The notes under the pieces are model-generated. The model did no database searches and was not told where the DNA came from. It saw only the letters and a program-made list of their open reading frames with translations. A DNA stretch of 64,000 nucleotides from Daejeonella sp. GTDB lineage: Bacteria; Bacteroidota; Bacteroidia; Sphingobacteriales; Sphingobacteriaceae. The DNA is taken from assembly GCF_037719425.1 (NCBI RefSeq), contig NZ_JBBJNI010000003.1:563-64562 (forward strand). Reading direction: 5' to 3'. Both the position numbers and the translations under genes were made by a program. Below are positions 1-9,472 of this stretch, in pieces. Each line of letters begins with the position of its first letter. Position 1 is the stretch's first letter.

Positions 1-249
1 CAATTCATCCAGCTTCACAAACTTTTTAGATGATGAATTGATGGCAGCCATTACCTCATCGGGCATAACAGACCCGGTCATGGCAGTATAATTTCCCGCC
101 GCGTTAATAAAGGTCCGTAGACCCAGCTCTGCGAAAAGATCGCGTTCAGCAACAGGTCCTGCTGAGGATCTAACGGGCGTTGCTACCGCTGTAATACTAC
201 CAGCGAAGGGCAGTATAGATAAAGTTTTTAGGATTTCTCTGCGTCTCAT
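1..249 (-). CDS. SelA-like PLP-dependent enzyme (DgaE / D-glucosaminate-6-phosphate ammonia-lyase-like family), Tat-exported; 5' part only, runs off the window
   Basis: Not in ORF track. Hand translation from ATG at 249: MRRREILKTLSILPFAG...DLFAELGLRTFINAAGNYTAMTGSVMPDEVMAAI. INAAG-x-YT-x-x-x-GS is the N-terminal motif of SelA-like enzymes; RRxxLK is a twin-arginine signal. Confidence 0.8.
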   Translation of the reverse strand, partial: MRRREILKTLSILPFAGSITAVATPVRSSAGPVAERDLFAELGLRTFINAAGNYTAMTGSVMPDEVMAAINSSSKKFVKLDEL

Positions 250-279
250 AATAACTGTTAAAATTTTAAAATGAACTTT

Positions 280-1527
280 TTAGCGTTTAGGCAGGGGTGT
301 CACTATTCCGTTAAGATCATAGACGATCCGCCCGTCTTTAACTGTCATTTCACATTCCAGTTTCTCGTTGCTTTGCATTTTATACCCTGCCAGATCATAA
401 AAGCCAAAATTCCCCGTCCTCATGCTTAGGACTGCAATATCTGCGATTGCTCCGACAGAGAGGTGGCCTAACTCAGGGCGTTTTATTGCTTCTGCTGCCG
501 ACCATGTACTTGCCCGGATGACTGCGGGGAGACCCATGTCAAGCTTCAAAAATTTAGACATCACGCTAAGCATATCTTTCATAGAACCCTTCATACTGCT
601 TATATGGAGGTCGGTGCTAATCGTATTAGGATGAAATCCGGCTTTAGCAGCGGGAATAGCCTGAGAATAGGTAAAACTCGAACCACCGTATCCCACGTCA
701 AAAATAATCCCTCGTTTTTGCGCTTCGAGAACAAAAGGCTTTAACGTCTTGGTAGCTGTATCCACTATTGCTTCTTTTGTGTCTAACAGTTCGCCGAACG
801 TGTGTGTGAAAATGTCTCCGGGACGAAGGTGGACCATGAACAGCTCCCGAATAGATAATCTGGGTTTGGTGCCTCCGAAGTCGACCATTACGGGCATGTT
901 GGCTATTCTCCCGGCTTCCACGCCTCTATCCACGTTAATAAAACTCGGTGAAGAAAAGTGTGCGACTTTGATGCCGACAATATGTTCTTTATTCTTTATT
1001 GCCACTTCGGCAGCTTTCACCGGATCCATATCATTGACATTTTGTTCAACGGGTCCGCCACGCATACCGTCGCCAACAATATTCAGAAAAGAAAGTACCC
1101 GGGTTTGAGAATTATCAATGATGTTCTTTTTAAAAGTCGGAAAATCTCTCCATCCGGCACCTCCGGCATCCACAACTGTAGTTACTCCAACACGCTGATA
1201 AAAACCGTCAGGCATTACACTGCTAAACCCATTGCTATACATCTGGTTTGGCTGCGTTCCCGCGAAAACGTGTCCGTGGAGATCAATAAGGCCGGGGGTT
1301 ACATACATCCCCAAAGCAGCAACTACCTGCTGCGCTTGCGAAGCATCTATATTTGAAGCTATTTTTGCAATCTTTCCATCCGCGATTGCAACATCCATTA
1401 TGCGGTTAATGTTGTTTTTCGGATCAATAACATGTCCCCCTTTAATAACAATACTGTAGGGTTTTGCCTGGCCGAGCAGAGCAAGCGGCAATAATAGACT
1501 TGCAAAAAAAATATAAAACTTCCTCAT
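280..1527 (-). CDS. Amidohydrolase/deacetylase-family metallohydrolase (dihydroorotase-like, EF_0837/Atu3266 type) with Sec signal peptide
   Basis: PGLIDLHGH metal motif, GVTTVVDAG, GIK, LRPGDIFTH, TISTDLH, GAIADIAV; hydrophobic N-terminal signal; adjacent to the SelA-like gene, as is typical for this family. Confidence 0.85.
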   Translation of the reverse strand: MRKFYIFFASLLLPLALLGQAKPYSIVIKGGHVIDPKNNINRIMDVAIADGKIAKIASNIDASQAQQVVAALGMYVTPGLIDLHGHVFAGTQPNQMYSNGFSSVMPDGFYQRVGVTTVVDAGGAGWRDFPTFKKNIIDNSQTRVLSFLNIVGDGMRGGPVEQNVNDMDPVKAAEVAIKNKEHIVGIKVAHFSSPSFINVDRGVEAGRIANMPVMVDFGGTKPRLSIRELFMVHLRPGDIFTHTFGELLDTKEAIVDTATKTLKPFVLEAQKRGIIFDVGYGGSSFTYSQAIPAAKAGFHPNTISTDLHISSMKGSMKDMLSVMSKFLKLDMGLPAVIRASTWSAAEAIKRPELGHLSVGAIADIAVLSMRTGNFGFYDLAGYKMQSNEKLECEMTVKDGRIVYDLNGIVTPLPKR

Positions 1528-1612
1528 TTTACTAATTTATTCTGGATGTATGGGTTTAAATATTTAAAACATTTTTGATAAGGTACGCCAAGAGTGATGG
1601 TTTATACTGCCC

Positions 1613-2911
1613 TCAGTCTAATCTCTTCCCGTTTTGATCCCATCCTTTGGTAAAAAAATGTGATTCCGGAGAACTAAGGTAGCGTACCTTTGACAATTCA
1701 GGAGTTTCCAGCCTTTTATAGCCCAAAATTCGGGATTCAAGTGCAAAATCTAAGATACCGCTGCTAAGCATAGTACGCTCAACCGGATATGGGGCCTTCC
1801 CAGTCTTGAACATGATTTCTATATTCTTTACCAGGCAACCAAAATGGTAATGAGGCTTTCCGGCCTGTAACTTCATTAACGTAGAGAATGGTTTTTGCTG
1901 ACCTTCCAGATCTATGGCATAGGTGAAGTCCTGAACCAGGCCTGTTAACAGAAACGCAGCTGCCTTTAATCCGTCATTATAATCAATAATAAATACTGCA
2001 GGCTTTTTCACCAGCTCCCTTATATCGCCTGGTTCACGCTTCTCACTGTGAGACAGCGCCTGATCAAAAAGCCGTTTCACCCATTCATTCCGGTCAATAT
2101 AGTTCCAGCAGTCCTGTCCTTCGAGGCACTGTACTGCCCGAACACCCGTTTCGCCGCCTTTTCTCCTTTCAACTACTGCCTGCAAACCATCAAGTAAGTG
2201 AAAACCATAAATATCCAATCCGCTATAGGAGATTCCCACAGCATATGTCTGTTTGACACCGTAAGGGGTATCGATTGCCGGAATACGCAATGAAACAGGA
2301 ATCGTTGAACCGGCAAGCATTGGAAACTTCAGTTCTTTCGAAATTTCAACCATTCGCTTAGCCTGCCGCCAGCTCCATGACAAATGTTTGTCATTAAAAA
2401 CCGGAACTGATTTTTTGTACTGACGGAATACGTCAGTGATTTTCAAAAACATTTCGAACCTTGGATATAATTTTTGTTCTTTATCGTTCACTGGATAGAC
2501 CCCATGTTCGCCGACCAATATAACTCCGTCAACTGCAAGGTTATCCCCGCCCAAAGTCAGGGCATCTGCCACAGTTCTGAAGATTGGAACATTATATTTC
2601 TTCGCCAATGAACGACTCATATCGTTCTCAGGAACCTGCTCGGTAAATATTGAGACGATTTTCGAATCCGGATAGGGTGCCATTTGGTCCTGGTTATATC
2701 CTTCGAGATATTTTCCAATGAGGACATCGGCATGAGAATTGGGACGATATTCGGTGAGGATTGCAGCAATCCGTTTAGGCCCCGACTGAACCCCAGGTAC
2801 ATAAGACGTAACTTCTTCCGCATTTGACGATTGGTAGGGCATAATCGCTGCAGCTACCGCACCAGATGCCGGCACTATTGACAGGTATTTAAGGAGTTCT
2901 CTACGCTTCAT
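1613..2911 (-). CDS. Tat-exported uncharacterised protein, Gfo/Idh/MocA-like (Rossmann-type) hypothetical family
   Basis: MKRRELLK Tat signal; RIAAILTEYRPNSHADV, DGVILVGEHGxYP, VFNDKHL, IYGFH motifs resembling an oxidoreductase-like family; truncated paralogue at ~42650-43075. Confidence 0.7.
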   Translation of the reverse strand: MKRRELLKYLSIVPASGAVAAAIMPYQSSNAEEVTSYVPGVQSGPKRIAAILTEYRPNSHADVLIGKYLEGYNQDQMAPYPDSKIVSIFTEQVPENDMSRSLAKKYNVPIFRTVADALTLGGDNLAVDGVILVGEHGVYPVNDKEQKLYPRFEMFLKITDVFRQYKKSVPVFNDKHLSWSWRQAKRMVEISKELKFPMLAGSTIPVSLRIPAIDTPYGVKQTYAVGISYSGLDIYGFHLLDGLQAVVERRKGGETGVRAVQCLEGQDCWNYIDRNEWVKRLFDQALSHSEKREPGDIRELVKKPAVFIIDYNDGLKAAAFLLTGLVQDFTYAIDLEGQQKPFSTLMKLQAGKPHYHFGCLVKNIEIMFKTGKAPYPVERTMLSSGILDFALESRILGYKRLETPELSKVRYLSSPESHFFTKGWDQNGKRLD

Positions 2912-2950
2912 TTCATTTGTAAATGGGAATTCTTATTTCTTAAGTAGTAG

Positions 2951-3001
2951 AAAAAACAGAGAGGGAAAACTACATCTTAAGATATAGTTATCTCCTCTCT
3001 G
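2951..3001 (-). terminator. Intrinsic terminator-like hairpin after susD
   Basis: CAGAGAGG (2957-2964) pairs with CCTCTCTG (2994-3001), with inner AACTA/TAGTT and ATCT/AGAT arms; the A-run at 2951-2956 gives a U-tail on the minus strand. Confidence 0.6.
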
Positions 3002-3012
3002 GTCTAGAATAA

Positions 3013-4563
3013 TTATTCTTTATCCCACCAAACTCGGCTAAGCAACGTATTATCGCCACTTTGTCTTGCTTTGGCAGCAAGGAAGTTCTCTCTATTAAAT
3101 TGCTCTTCACTTGCAGGCACGATGAACCGGCGTGGAATTCTGCCACCTGTAATGTTACCCGGATAATTAGTTGGGATAAGTGCAGGATAACCTGTACGTC
3201 TCCAATTTGCAAAACTTTCTATCTGATCAAGGTAACCTAATATCCATCTCTGAACAGAGATTTGCTCTAATCTTTGATTGAATGTTCCGGCAATTTTAAA
3301 TGGATTATTCGCTGCGTAAGAATTTATCTGAGCTGCAGAAATAACACCGCCAGATCCAAATAGCGACCACTGCCTCATTGCTGCCCTAACTCCATTGTCA
3401 TAGGAAATAGCACCAGTTCCAGTATACCATCCCCTTATTGAAGCTTCAGCTAATAAGAAGTGAGTTTCTGCAGGTGACATTACGATAACCGGAGCATCAT
3501 AACGCATTACAGTATTTGGATTTGGCTCAGAATAGGTTTCAAAATCGGGCGGATAAGCTTTGTATAAAGCGTTTTGCATCCCTCTCTGTAAGGCGGTTGC
3601 TGTATCAGCTACATAAACTCCTGATGGTTGTTTAACCCAAAGTACTGCTATCACGTTCAACCTTGGATCTTTGGTAGTAGTAGAGTTGCCTTTTAGAAAC
3701 TCAATGAAAGTTTTGGATAGTTTCGATCCCTGAACGTTTAATGGATTCTGGCCATCTACATAGTCCAATATGCGCATGTGATCTGACAAAGGATTTCTAT
3801 TACTTGCTAAACCACCATCAGCAAAAGGTACTTTAGCCATATCTGCATCTTCCAATATTGGACCGCCAGCTATTGCTTTCTTAACCCAGGTCTCTGCTAA
3901 AGCTGGATCGATCTTGGTTAAACGCATGCCTAAGCGTAACATCATTGAGTATGCAAATTTTTTCCATTTTACTACATTCCCGTCGTATAACAAATCTGCT
4001 GATCCAAATACAGGTTTAGCCGCGTTGAAAGAGGCTGCTGCTTCATCCAGTTCTTTAAACATGTTTTTGTAAACATCAGCCTGAAGGTCATATTTAGGAT
4101 TGAAATTTCCTGTTCCTCCTTTAGTGGCTTCAGAATAAGGAATATCACCGTATAAATCTGTTAATTGATGATAAATATATACTCTCCAAATTCTGGCTGC
4201 TGCTTGTTTGTTAATAGATTCAGCATCCTTTGTGTTCTCGAGAACCAGATCTATTTGATTTACGGAACCTGAATAAGCAGCCCAGTGATCTCTCACATTA
4301 CCTTCTGCGAAGTATTTGTCGCCCGGCGCAGTTACTTCACTGTACGTAGCCTCCTGTTGCAATGCCTGATTAATAGTAAACCTTCTAACACCCGGACTCA
4401 AGCCTACCATGGTTAACTGGGACTTGGTAAAAAGAAATGCCGGGTTAGCAATGGCATACCCATTGGGATTTTCGTTCAGTTTTTCAAGATCCTTTGTACA
4501 GGACGTTGCTATGGTAGCAAGAACGGCAGCCACACATATATATTTAAAGTTCTTCGTTTTCAT
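3013..4563 (-). CDS. SusD/RagB-family lipoprotein (SusD-like_2 type)
   Basis: Lipobox ATSC, NENPN, LTDLYGDIPYSEA, DLLYDGNVVKWKKFA, WRRTGYP, C-terminal RVWWD; directly downstream of a SusC. Confidence 0.93.
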   Translation of the reverse strand: MKTKNFKYICVAAVLATIATSCTKDLEKLNENPNGYAIANPAFLFTKSQLTMVGLSPGVRRFTINQALQQEATYSEVTAPGDKYFAEGNVRDHWAAYSGSVNQIDLVLENTKDAESINKQAAARIWRVYIYHQLTDLYGDIPYSEATKGGTGNFNPKYDLQADVYKNMFKELDEAAASFNAAKPVFGSADLLYDGNVVKWKKFAYSMMLRLGMRLTKIDPALAETWVKKAIAGGPILEDADMAKVPFADGGLASNRNPLSDHMRILDYVDGQNPLNVQGSKLSKTFIEFLKGNSTTTKDPRLNVIAVLWVKQPSGVYVADTATALQRGMQNALYKAYPPDFETYSEPNPNTVMRYDAPVIVMSPAETHFLLAEASIRGWYTGTGAISYDNGVRAAMRQWSLFGSGGVISAAQINSYAANNPFKIAGTFNQRLEQISVQRWILGYLDQIESFANWRRTGYPALIPTNYPGNITGGRIPRRFIVPASEEQFNRENFLAAKARQSGDNTLLSRVWWDKE

Positions 4564-4586
4564 TTTTTAAATTTTAGGTGTGGAGA

Positions 4587-7500
4587 TTAAAATTTAACAA
4601 TTAAATTAAGGCCAATTTCCCGGAGTCTTGGAGTTGTATTCGAAGACTGGCCCTGATTATTGTCAATAGTATAACTTGATTCAGGATCAAAGTCTTTAAT
4701 CTTCGTATAAAGAATCGCCAGGTTTCTGGACACCAATGAAATGTCGGCGGACTGCAACTTCACAAATTGCAATTTATTAACAGGAAGTCTGTAGCTCAAA
4801 ATAACGCTACGAAGTTTAACAAAACTTCCGTCAAATACTGAAGTCTCCAATGGACTTATACCCGCCTGATTGTTATAGTAAGTATCCATCTGATCAACCG
4901 GCCATAATTTTGTAAATGGAAGGCCAGCCTGATCAACTCCAGTCACTGTTAATCCATTTTCACGACCAGGAAGAGTTTCCTTCTTTAGTCCGAATCTGTA
5001 CATGTAACGGGATAAGAGTGATTGAACGGTGTTACCGAACTTTGCATCTATGAGTGTATTCAACGAAAAGTTTTTATATCTGAAGTTGTTCGTTAAGCCC
5101 ATAGTAGTTGGTGGAACACCAACACCGTATGGTTGTATCGGACCTGAAACTTGATAACCACTCAATCTGTTGTAAACCCTGACGCCAGCAGCATTTGTAA
5201 GATAGGTTACACCTTGAATTGTATTAAATGGGTCTCCAACTCTTGAACCATTAACTGAAGCAACTCCGGGAGCAAGTTTTAATACCTCACTCTTATTGTA
5301 AGCATAGTTGTAGCTAACATCCCAGTTAAAGTTTTTTCCTTTAATCGGTTCACCCGTCAATAATATCTCAACTCCTTTATTACTTAGAGCACCAATGTTT
5401 AGTAAGGCAGAAGTATAACCTGAACTAGCAGCTGTTGGAACAGCGATAATGTCATCCGTTGTTTGACGGCTGTAGTAGGTGAAATCTAAACCTAAACGGT
5501 TATTAAGAAATTGCAGGTCAACACCTCCTTCATAAGTAGTTGAAGTAAGTGGCTGAAGATCAATATTCGCTAATGCGGAACTTGTATTTTGTACTGGTCG
5601 GCCGATATGCCCACCTTGCTCAAATGTGTATAGTTGGTTGATCTGATAAGGATTCACTGTAGCCTGTCCTACCTGTGCATAGGATGCGCGCAGTTTAGCA
5701 AAACTAATCAGGCTAGGCAATTTTATCGCATCTGATAAAATAAAACTGGTTCCAACGGAAGGATAGAAAATTGAATTCTTTCCGGCTCTTAGTTGAGAAA
5801 ACCAATCTTGTCTGCCTGTGAAAGTTAAGTACAATAAGTTTCGGAAGCCAAAATCCGCTGAACCAAAAACAGAGTTTTGACCGAACTGAGAAAATTGCAC
5901 ATCAGCTTTCTGAAGTGATAAGTTGGAATAACTTATAAAGTTTGGAACAATAAATTCGCTTCCGTTATTGGTGGTACCCTCAATTAGGCTTCTCTCGATA
6001 GATCCTCCGCCGAGTACATTAACTGTTAAGTTCTTTACTATGGAAGTATTATAATTCATGAGAAGTTGCCCGGTAGTCCGATGAGAAAAAGAAGCAGCAG
6101 AATTATATAATCCTAAAGGTCTTTTAAGTGTACCTACAGGCATGTAATCCATTGATTCAAAACGGTCAATATCTCTCATTGCACTTGCTTTTATAAACAG
6201 ATTGTCGAGGATATTATATTGTACACTTGCCTGACCCATGAATCTGTTCTTAGTATCCTTATTACCCATGCGGTTAATAACGAAATAAGCGTTTTGAGCC
6301 TCAGGAACTTGCTGCCATGGAATTTCCTGGAATGTTACCGGATCATAACCTGGAGCCAAACTTCTGATGTCTACGGTGTTTGCAAGCAGATTAGCTGTCC
6401 ATGACGTGTTTCCGTCTGCATAACCATTTCCCTGTCTGTTTTTTCCACCTTCAAGATTATATTGCATGGTAGCTTCAACAATTACTTTTTTGGCCAGAAC
6501 AGAGCGCAGATTTAGATTTGCAGTTTGTCTGTTATAACTAGAACCTGGGTCCAAAGCTTGCGCCTCAAGATCTGATAATGATAAGCGATAAGTTAAAGCT
6601 TCAGAAGTACCGCCTGAAAATGCAGCAGTATTCGTTAAATTGGTAGCTGGCCTGTAGAAATTTTTCCAGTTGTCTTTTACGTTTACCGGAGAATATGGAC
6701 GCATAACACCATCAAATTGTATGTAAGGCTGACCATCCATTTTTGCTCCAAAATTTAAACGCCCGGAACTGATTGACAAGGTTTTAGACAGCGGTTTGAT
6801 ACCATCTTGGCCTTGACCATATTCGTATTGAAACTCCGGGTACATGGATGGGCTACCCATTGAATAGCTACTGTTAATTTCTACTCCTACCCCTTTTTGC
6901 ATCTTACCTTTTTTGGTTGTAATTAGGATAACCCCGTTTGATGCCTGACTACCATAAAGTGCGGCAGCCGGACCACCTTTCAAAACGTTGATCGTTTCGA
7001 TATCATCAGGGTTGATTGCTGCAATTCCATCGCCTCTATCTACAGTGGAAAGGCCTTCCCCCAATTTGATTTCACGGTGATTATTACTCATCGGCATACC
7101 ATTAACGACATACAAAGGCTGGTTATTCCCACTTAAGGAACCATTACCCCTGATTACCACCCGACTTGATCCACCAGGTCCTGAAGACATACCTGTTGCA
7201 TTCACACCAGCAATTTTTCCGGTTAATGCATTTGCGATGTTATTTTCCCGAGCCTGAATAAACTCATCCCCTTTCACTTCTGTTACAGAATATGCAAGTG
7301 CTTTTTTCTCCCTCGAGATACCTAAAGCTGTAACAACCACTTCACTAAGTGCGGTGTTGGCGGCTTCAAGTTTAACGTTTAATGTCGTTCTGGCGCCCAC
7401 TGTAACTTCTTGCGTTTGATACCCGATATAGGTAAAAACAAGTACGCTGTTATTATCGGGCACATTAATGGTAAACCTTCCGTCAATATCTGTAGTTGCA

Positions 7501-8075
7501 CCAACTGAGGTACCTTTCAGCTTGATACTTACACCGGGTAAGGTTTCGCCCTGTGTGTCGGTTATCTGTCCCCTTACGACGATATCCTTGTCGATTTCAA
7601 AAATTTGAATGTTTGGGAAAGAGGCTTCTGGAACAGAAACTGCAAATACCTTTTGAGACACAAGTATTGTTTTGCTCCTGATACTGTACTCGAGCGGTTG
7701 ATCCTTGAAAACGGCAATTAGAACTTTTGATAGATCCTCATTAACAACATTTATCGTTACCGGTTTTGCAAGGCTGATCAATTCTTTCTGGAAGAAAAAT
7801 CCATATCCTGTCTGCTTCTTGATGGTGGAAAGCACTTTCTCAATAGGCACGTCTTCGCCATTGTATGTAACTTTCTGTGAGAAGCTTTCAGCACGAACAT
7901 TTAATATTAACACTACAAGAAGAATGAATGTTAGCTTCATAGCTAGGAAAATTGAACTAAATGTATTTCTTTTACTACCATATGCAAAGGATAGTATCCT
8001 GCTGGTAATTAGTGGCTCTAGGTCTATAGATACGGAACGACCTAATCTGCCTTCAGTTTTAGTAAATAAATTCAT
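4587..8075 (-). CDS. SusC/RagA TonB-dependent transducer with N-terminal STN signalling domain
   Basis: STN-like segment (IEKVLSTIKKQTGYGF), CarboxypepD-like domain, plug motifs NQPLYVVNG and LKGGPAAALYGSQASNGVILITTK, C-terminal F. Start moved from 8156 to ATG 8075 (alternative 7940) because the ORF-track extension overlaps the intergenic hairpin. Confidence 0.93.
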   Translation of the reverse strand: MNLFTKTEGRLGRSVSIDLEPLITSRILSFAYGSKRNTFSSIFLAMKLTFILLVVLILNVRAESFSQKVTYNGEDVPIEKVLSTIKKQTGYGFFFQKELISLAKPVTINVVNEDLSKVLIAVFKDQPLEYSIRSKTILVSQKVFAVSVPEASFPNIQIFEIDKDIVVRGQITDTQGETLPGVSIKLKGTSVGATTDIDGRFTINVPDNNSVLVFTYIGYQTQEVTVGARTTLNVKLEAANTALSEVVVTALGISREKKALAYSVTEVKGDEFIQARENNIANALTGKIAGVNATGMSSGPGGSSRVVIRGNGSLSGNNQPLYVVNGMPMSNNHREIKLGEGLSTVDRGDGIAAINPDDIETINVLKGGPAAALYGSQASNGVILITTKKGKMQKGVGVEINSSYSMGSPSMYPEFQYEYGQGQDGIKPLSKTLSISSGRLNFGAKMDGQPYIQFDGVMRPYSPVNVKDNWKNFYRPATNLTNTAAFSGGTSEALTYRLSLSDLEAQALDPGSSYNRQTANLNLRSVLAKKVIVEATMQYNLEGGKNRQGNGYADGNTSWTANLLANTVDIRSLAPGYDPVTFQEIPWQQVPEAQNAYFVINRMGNKDTKNRFMGQASVQYNILDNLFIKASAMRDIDRFESMDYMPVGTLKRPLGLYNSAASFSHRTTGQLLMNYNTSIVKNLTVNVLGGGSIERSLIEGTTNNGSEFIVPNFISYSNLSLQKADVQFSQFGQNSVFGSADFGFRNLLYLTFTGRQDWFSQLRAGKNSIFYPSVGTSFILSDAIKLPSLISFAKLRASYAQVGQATVNPYQINQLYTFEQGGHIGRPVQNTSSALANIDLQPLTSTTYEGGVDLQFLNNRLGLDFTYYSRQTTDDIIAVPTAASSGYTSALLNIGALSNKGVEILLTGEPIKGKNFNWDVSYNYAYNKSEVLKLAPGVASVNGSRVGDPFNTIQGVTYLTNAAGVRVYNRLSGYQVSGPIQPYGVGVPPTTMGLTNNFRYKNFSLNTLIDAKFGNTVQSLLSRYMYRFGLKKETLPGRENGLTVTGVDQAGLPFTKLWPVDQMDTYYNNQAGISPLETSVFDGSFVKLRSVILSYRLPVNKLQFVKLQSADISLVSRNLAILYTKIKDFDPESSYTIDNNQGQSSNTTPRLREIGLNLIVKF

Positions 8076-8082
8076 AAATTTG
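8075..8082 (+). promoter_or_regulatory. Bacteroidota sigma-A -7 element (TAAATTTG), antisense to susC
   Basis: Exact TAnnTTTG match on the + strand overlapping the susC ATG, pointing to a + strand terminator; no clear -33 TTTG at canonical spacing. Confidence 0.5.
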
Positions 8083-8087
8083 CTTGG

Positions 8088-8172
8088 TTTGGTGGTCAAT
8101 AAACTATCTCGATATTTTTTATTTCGAAGACCAGACTTTGGCCAGGAGCGCGGCAACGCTTCTGGCTTTTAC
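8088..8172 (+). ncRNA. Candidate cis-antisense sRNA (DonS-like) between anti-sigma gene and susC
   Basis: Bounded by the -7 element at 8075-8082 and the terminator at 8141-8170; same position and orientation as the antisense sRNAs described for Bacteroides ECF-regulated PULs. The 5' end is estimated. Confidence 0.5.
8141..8170 (+). terminator. Intrinsic terminator on the strand opposite the operon
   Basis: GCCAGGAGCG / loop CGGCAA / CGCTTCTGGC, then TTTT. The 10-bp stem has a G-U pair that forms only on the + strand transcript. Confidence 0.65.
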
Positions 8173-8194
8173 TTGTGCCTTCTTCCAATTAGAT

Positions 8195-9370
8195 TTAAGG
8201 CATAACGATAACCTCCTTCCCTTCCAATCGAAAATGTATATTGCTCTTTTCAAGAATTTCCAATACTTCTAAGAGCGTTAAATTAGTAGATATAGCTCCC
8301 GAAAAGTGATGCTCGGGCAACCTTCCTTCATATTTGGCTGTTATCCCATACCATCTTCCAAGCTGACGCATGACTGTCTCAATTCCAGCGTTGTCAAAAT
8401 AAAAATAACCATCTTTCCAGGCGACTTCGATTTGCGTATCAGATGTACGTTGAATTCTAATGCTCCTGTCAACTTTCGACTGTTCTCCCGGTTTTAGAAT
8501 TTGAGACTCCTTGGTGTTGAGTTCAATTACCCTAACCTTCCCTTCGATCAGAGTAGTAGTAATGGCCGACTCATCAGAATAAGCATTGATATTAAAATGA
8601 GTGCCTAGCACTTCCACTGACTGATTACCGGAACGAACAGAGAATTTTTTATGAATATCCTTTGAAACCTCAAAATAGGCTTCTCCTTTTAACTCTACTT
8701 CACGGGTATCATCGGTGAAAATAACAGGGAAGCGAAGTGAAGACGCTGAGTTTAACCATACTTTACTTCCGTCAGCCAGATTTAACTGAAACTTGCCCCC
8801 AACAGGCGTTTCTATAGTATTATAAACGGTTTTGATCTTGTCTATTGCATTAAGCGGGCTGTTTTGACTCTGATTAGTAAGGGTGTACTCTATTATTCCA
8901 TTTGAATTTTGATGTACATTAATGCCATTTTGATTGACTAAAACCCCATTGCGAGAATCATCAAGGACAATTTTTCGCCCATCAGCGAGTGTGAGTATAG
9001 CTTTAAGGCCGCCAGGAGGTATATCCTTTGGTTTTGAGTGCGAAGCAACTTTATCAGGAACAATTGAATGTGTCAATTCCTTATGAGAATAGAAATATAA
9101 GCTACTCATCAGTAATAACAAGATACTGGCTGCTATACCTGCGGAATAAAGTGGCTTAACAGAACCTATTATGCCTATCCGGCTATTACCAACAACTTTG
9201 GAAAAGATCACTGTCTTCAGATGTTCCTCATCTTCATATTCATTTAAGTCCCATTCAGTTTGACCGGAAATTTCAGACCGATACCATTGAAACAACTTGT
9301 CAATCTCTTCCTGAGAAGCAGTATTATGAAAATACTTTTCAACTAGTTTATGGACTTGATCTTTTTGCAT
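8195..9370 (-). CDS. FecR-family anti-sigma factor
   Basis: Single TM helix, LTLADG, LADGSKVWLNSASSL, REVELKGEAYFEV, VLGTHFNINAY, AWKDG, LGRWYG; lies between ECF sigma and SusC. Confidence 0.93.
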   Translation of the reverse strand: MQKDQVHKLVEKYFHNTASQEEIDKLFQWYRSEISGQTEWDLNEYEDEEHLKTVIFSKVVGNSRIGIIGSVKPLYSAGIAASILLLLMSSLYFYSHKELTHSIVPDKVASHSKPKDIPPGGLKAILTLADGRKIVLDDSRNGVLVNQNGINVHQNSNGIIEYTLTNQSQNSPLNAIDKIKTVYNTIETPVGGKFQLNLADGSKVWLNSASSLRFPVIFTDDTREVELKGEAYFEVSKDIHKKFSVRSGNQSVEVLGTHFNINAYSDESAITTTLIEGKVRVIELNTKESQILKPGEQSKVDRSIRIQRTSDTQIEVAWKDGYFYFDNAGIETVMRQLGRWYGITAKYEGRLPEHHFSGAISTNLTLLEVLEILEKSNIHFRLEGKEVIVMP

Positions 9371-9472
9371 AGGTAACCCATTTGGGCTTATATAAATTAA
9401 GTACCATAACAGGGCATACTACCCTTGGTCTAAAAGAAAATAAAATGCTTTTTGAAAAAGGATACGTAAATC

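Noticed and set aside
1-249. Selenocysteine synthase SelA / Sec machinery
   Set aside because: The Tat signal and sugar-catabolic context fit the SelA-related lyase group; no selB, selD or tRNA-Sec is in the window.
280-1527. Dihydroorotase PyrC
   Set aside because: It has a signal peptide and no pyrimidine genes nearby; the motifs fit the deacetylase-like branch.
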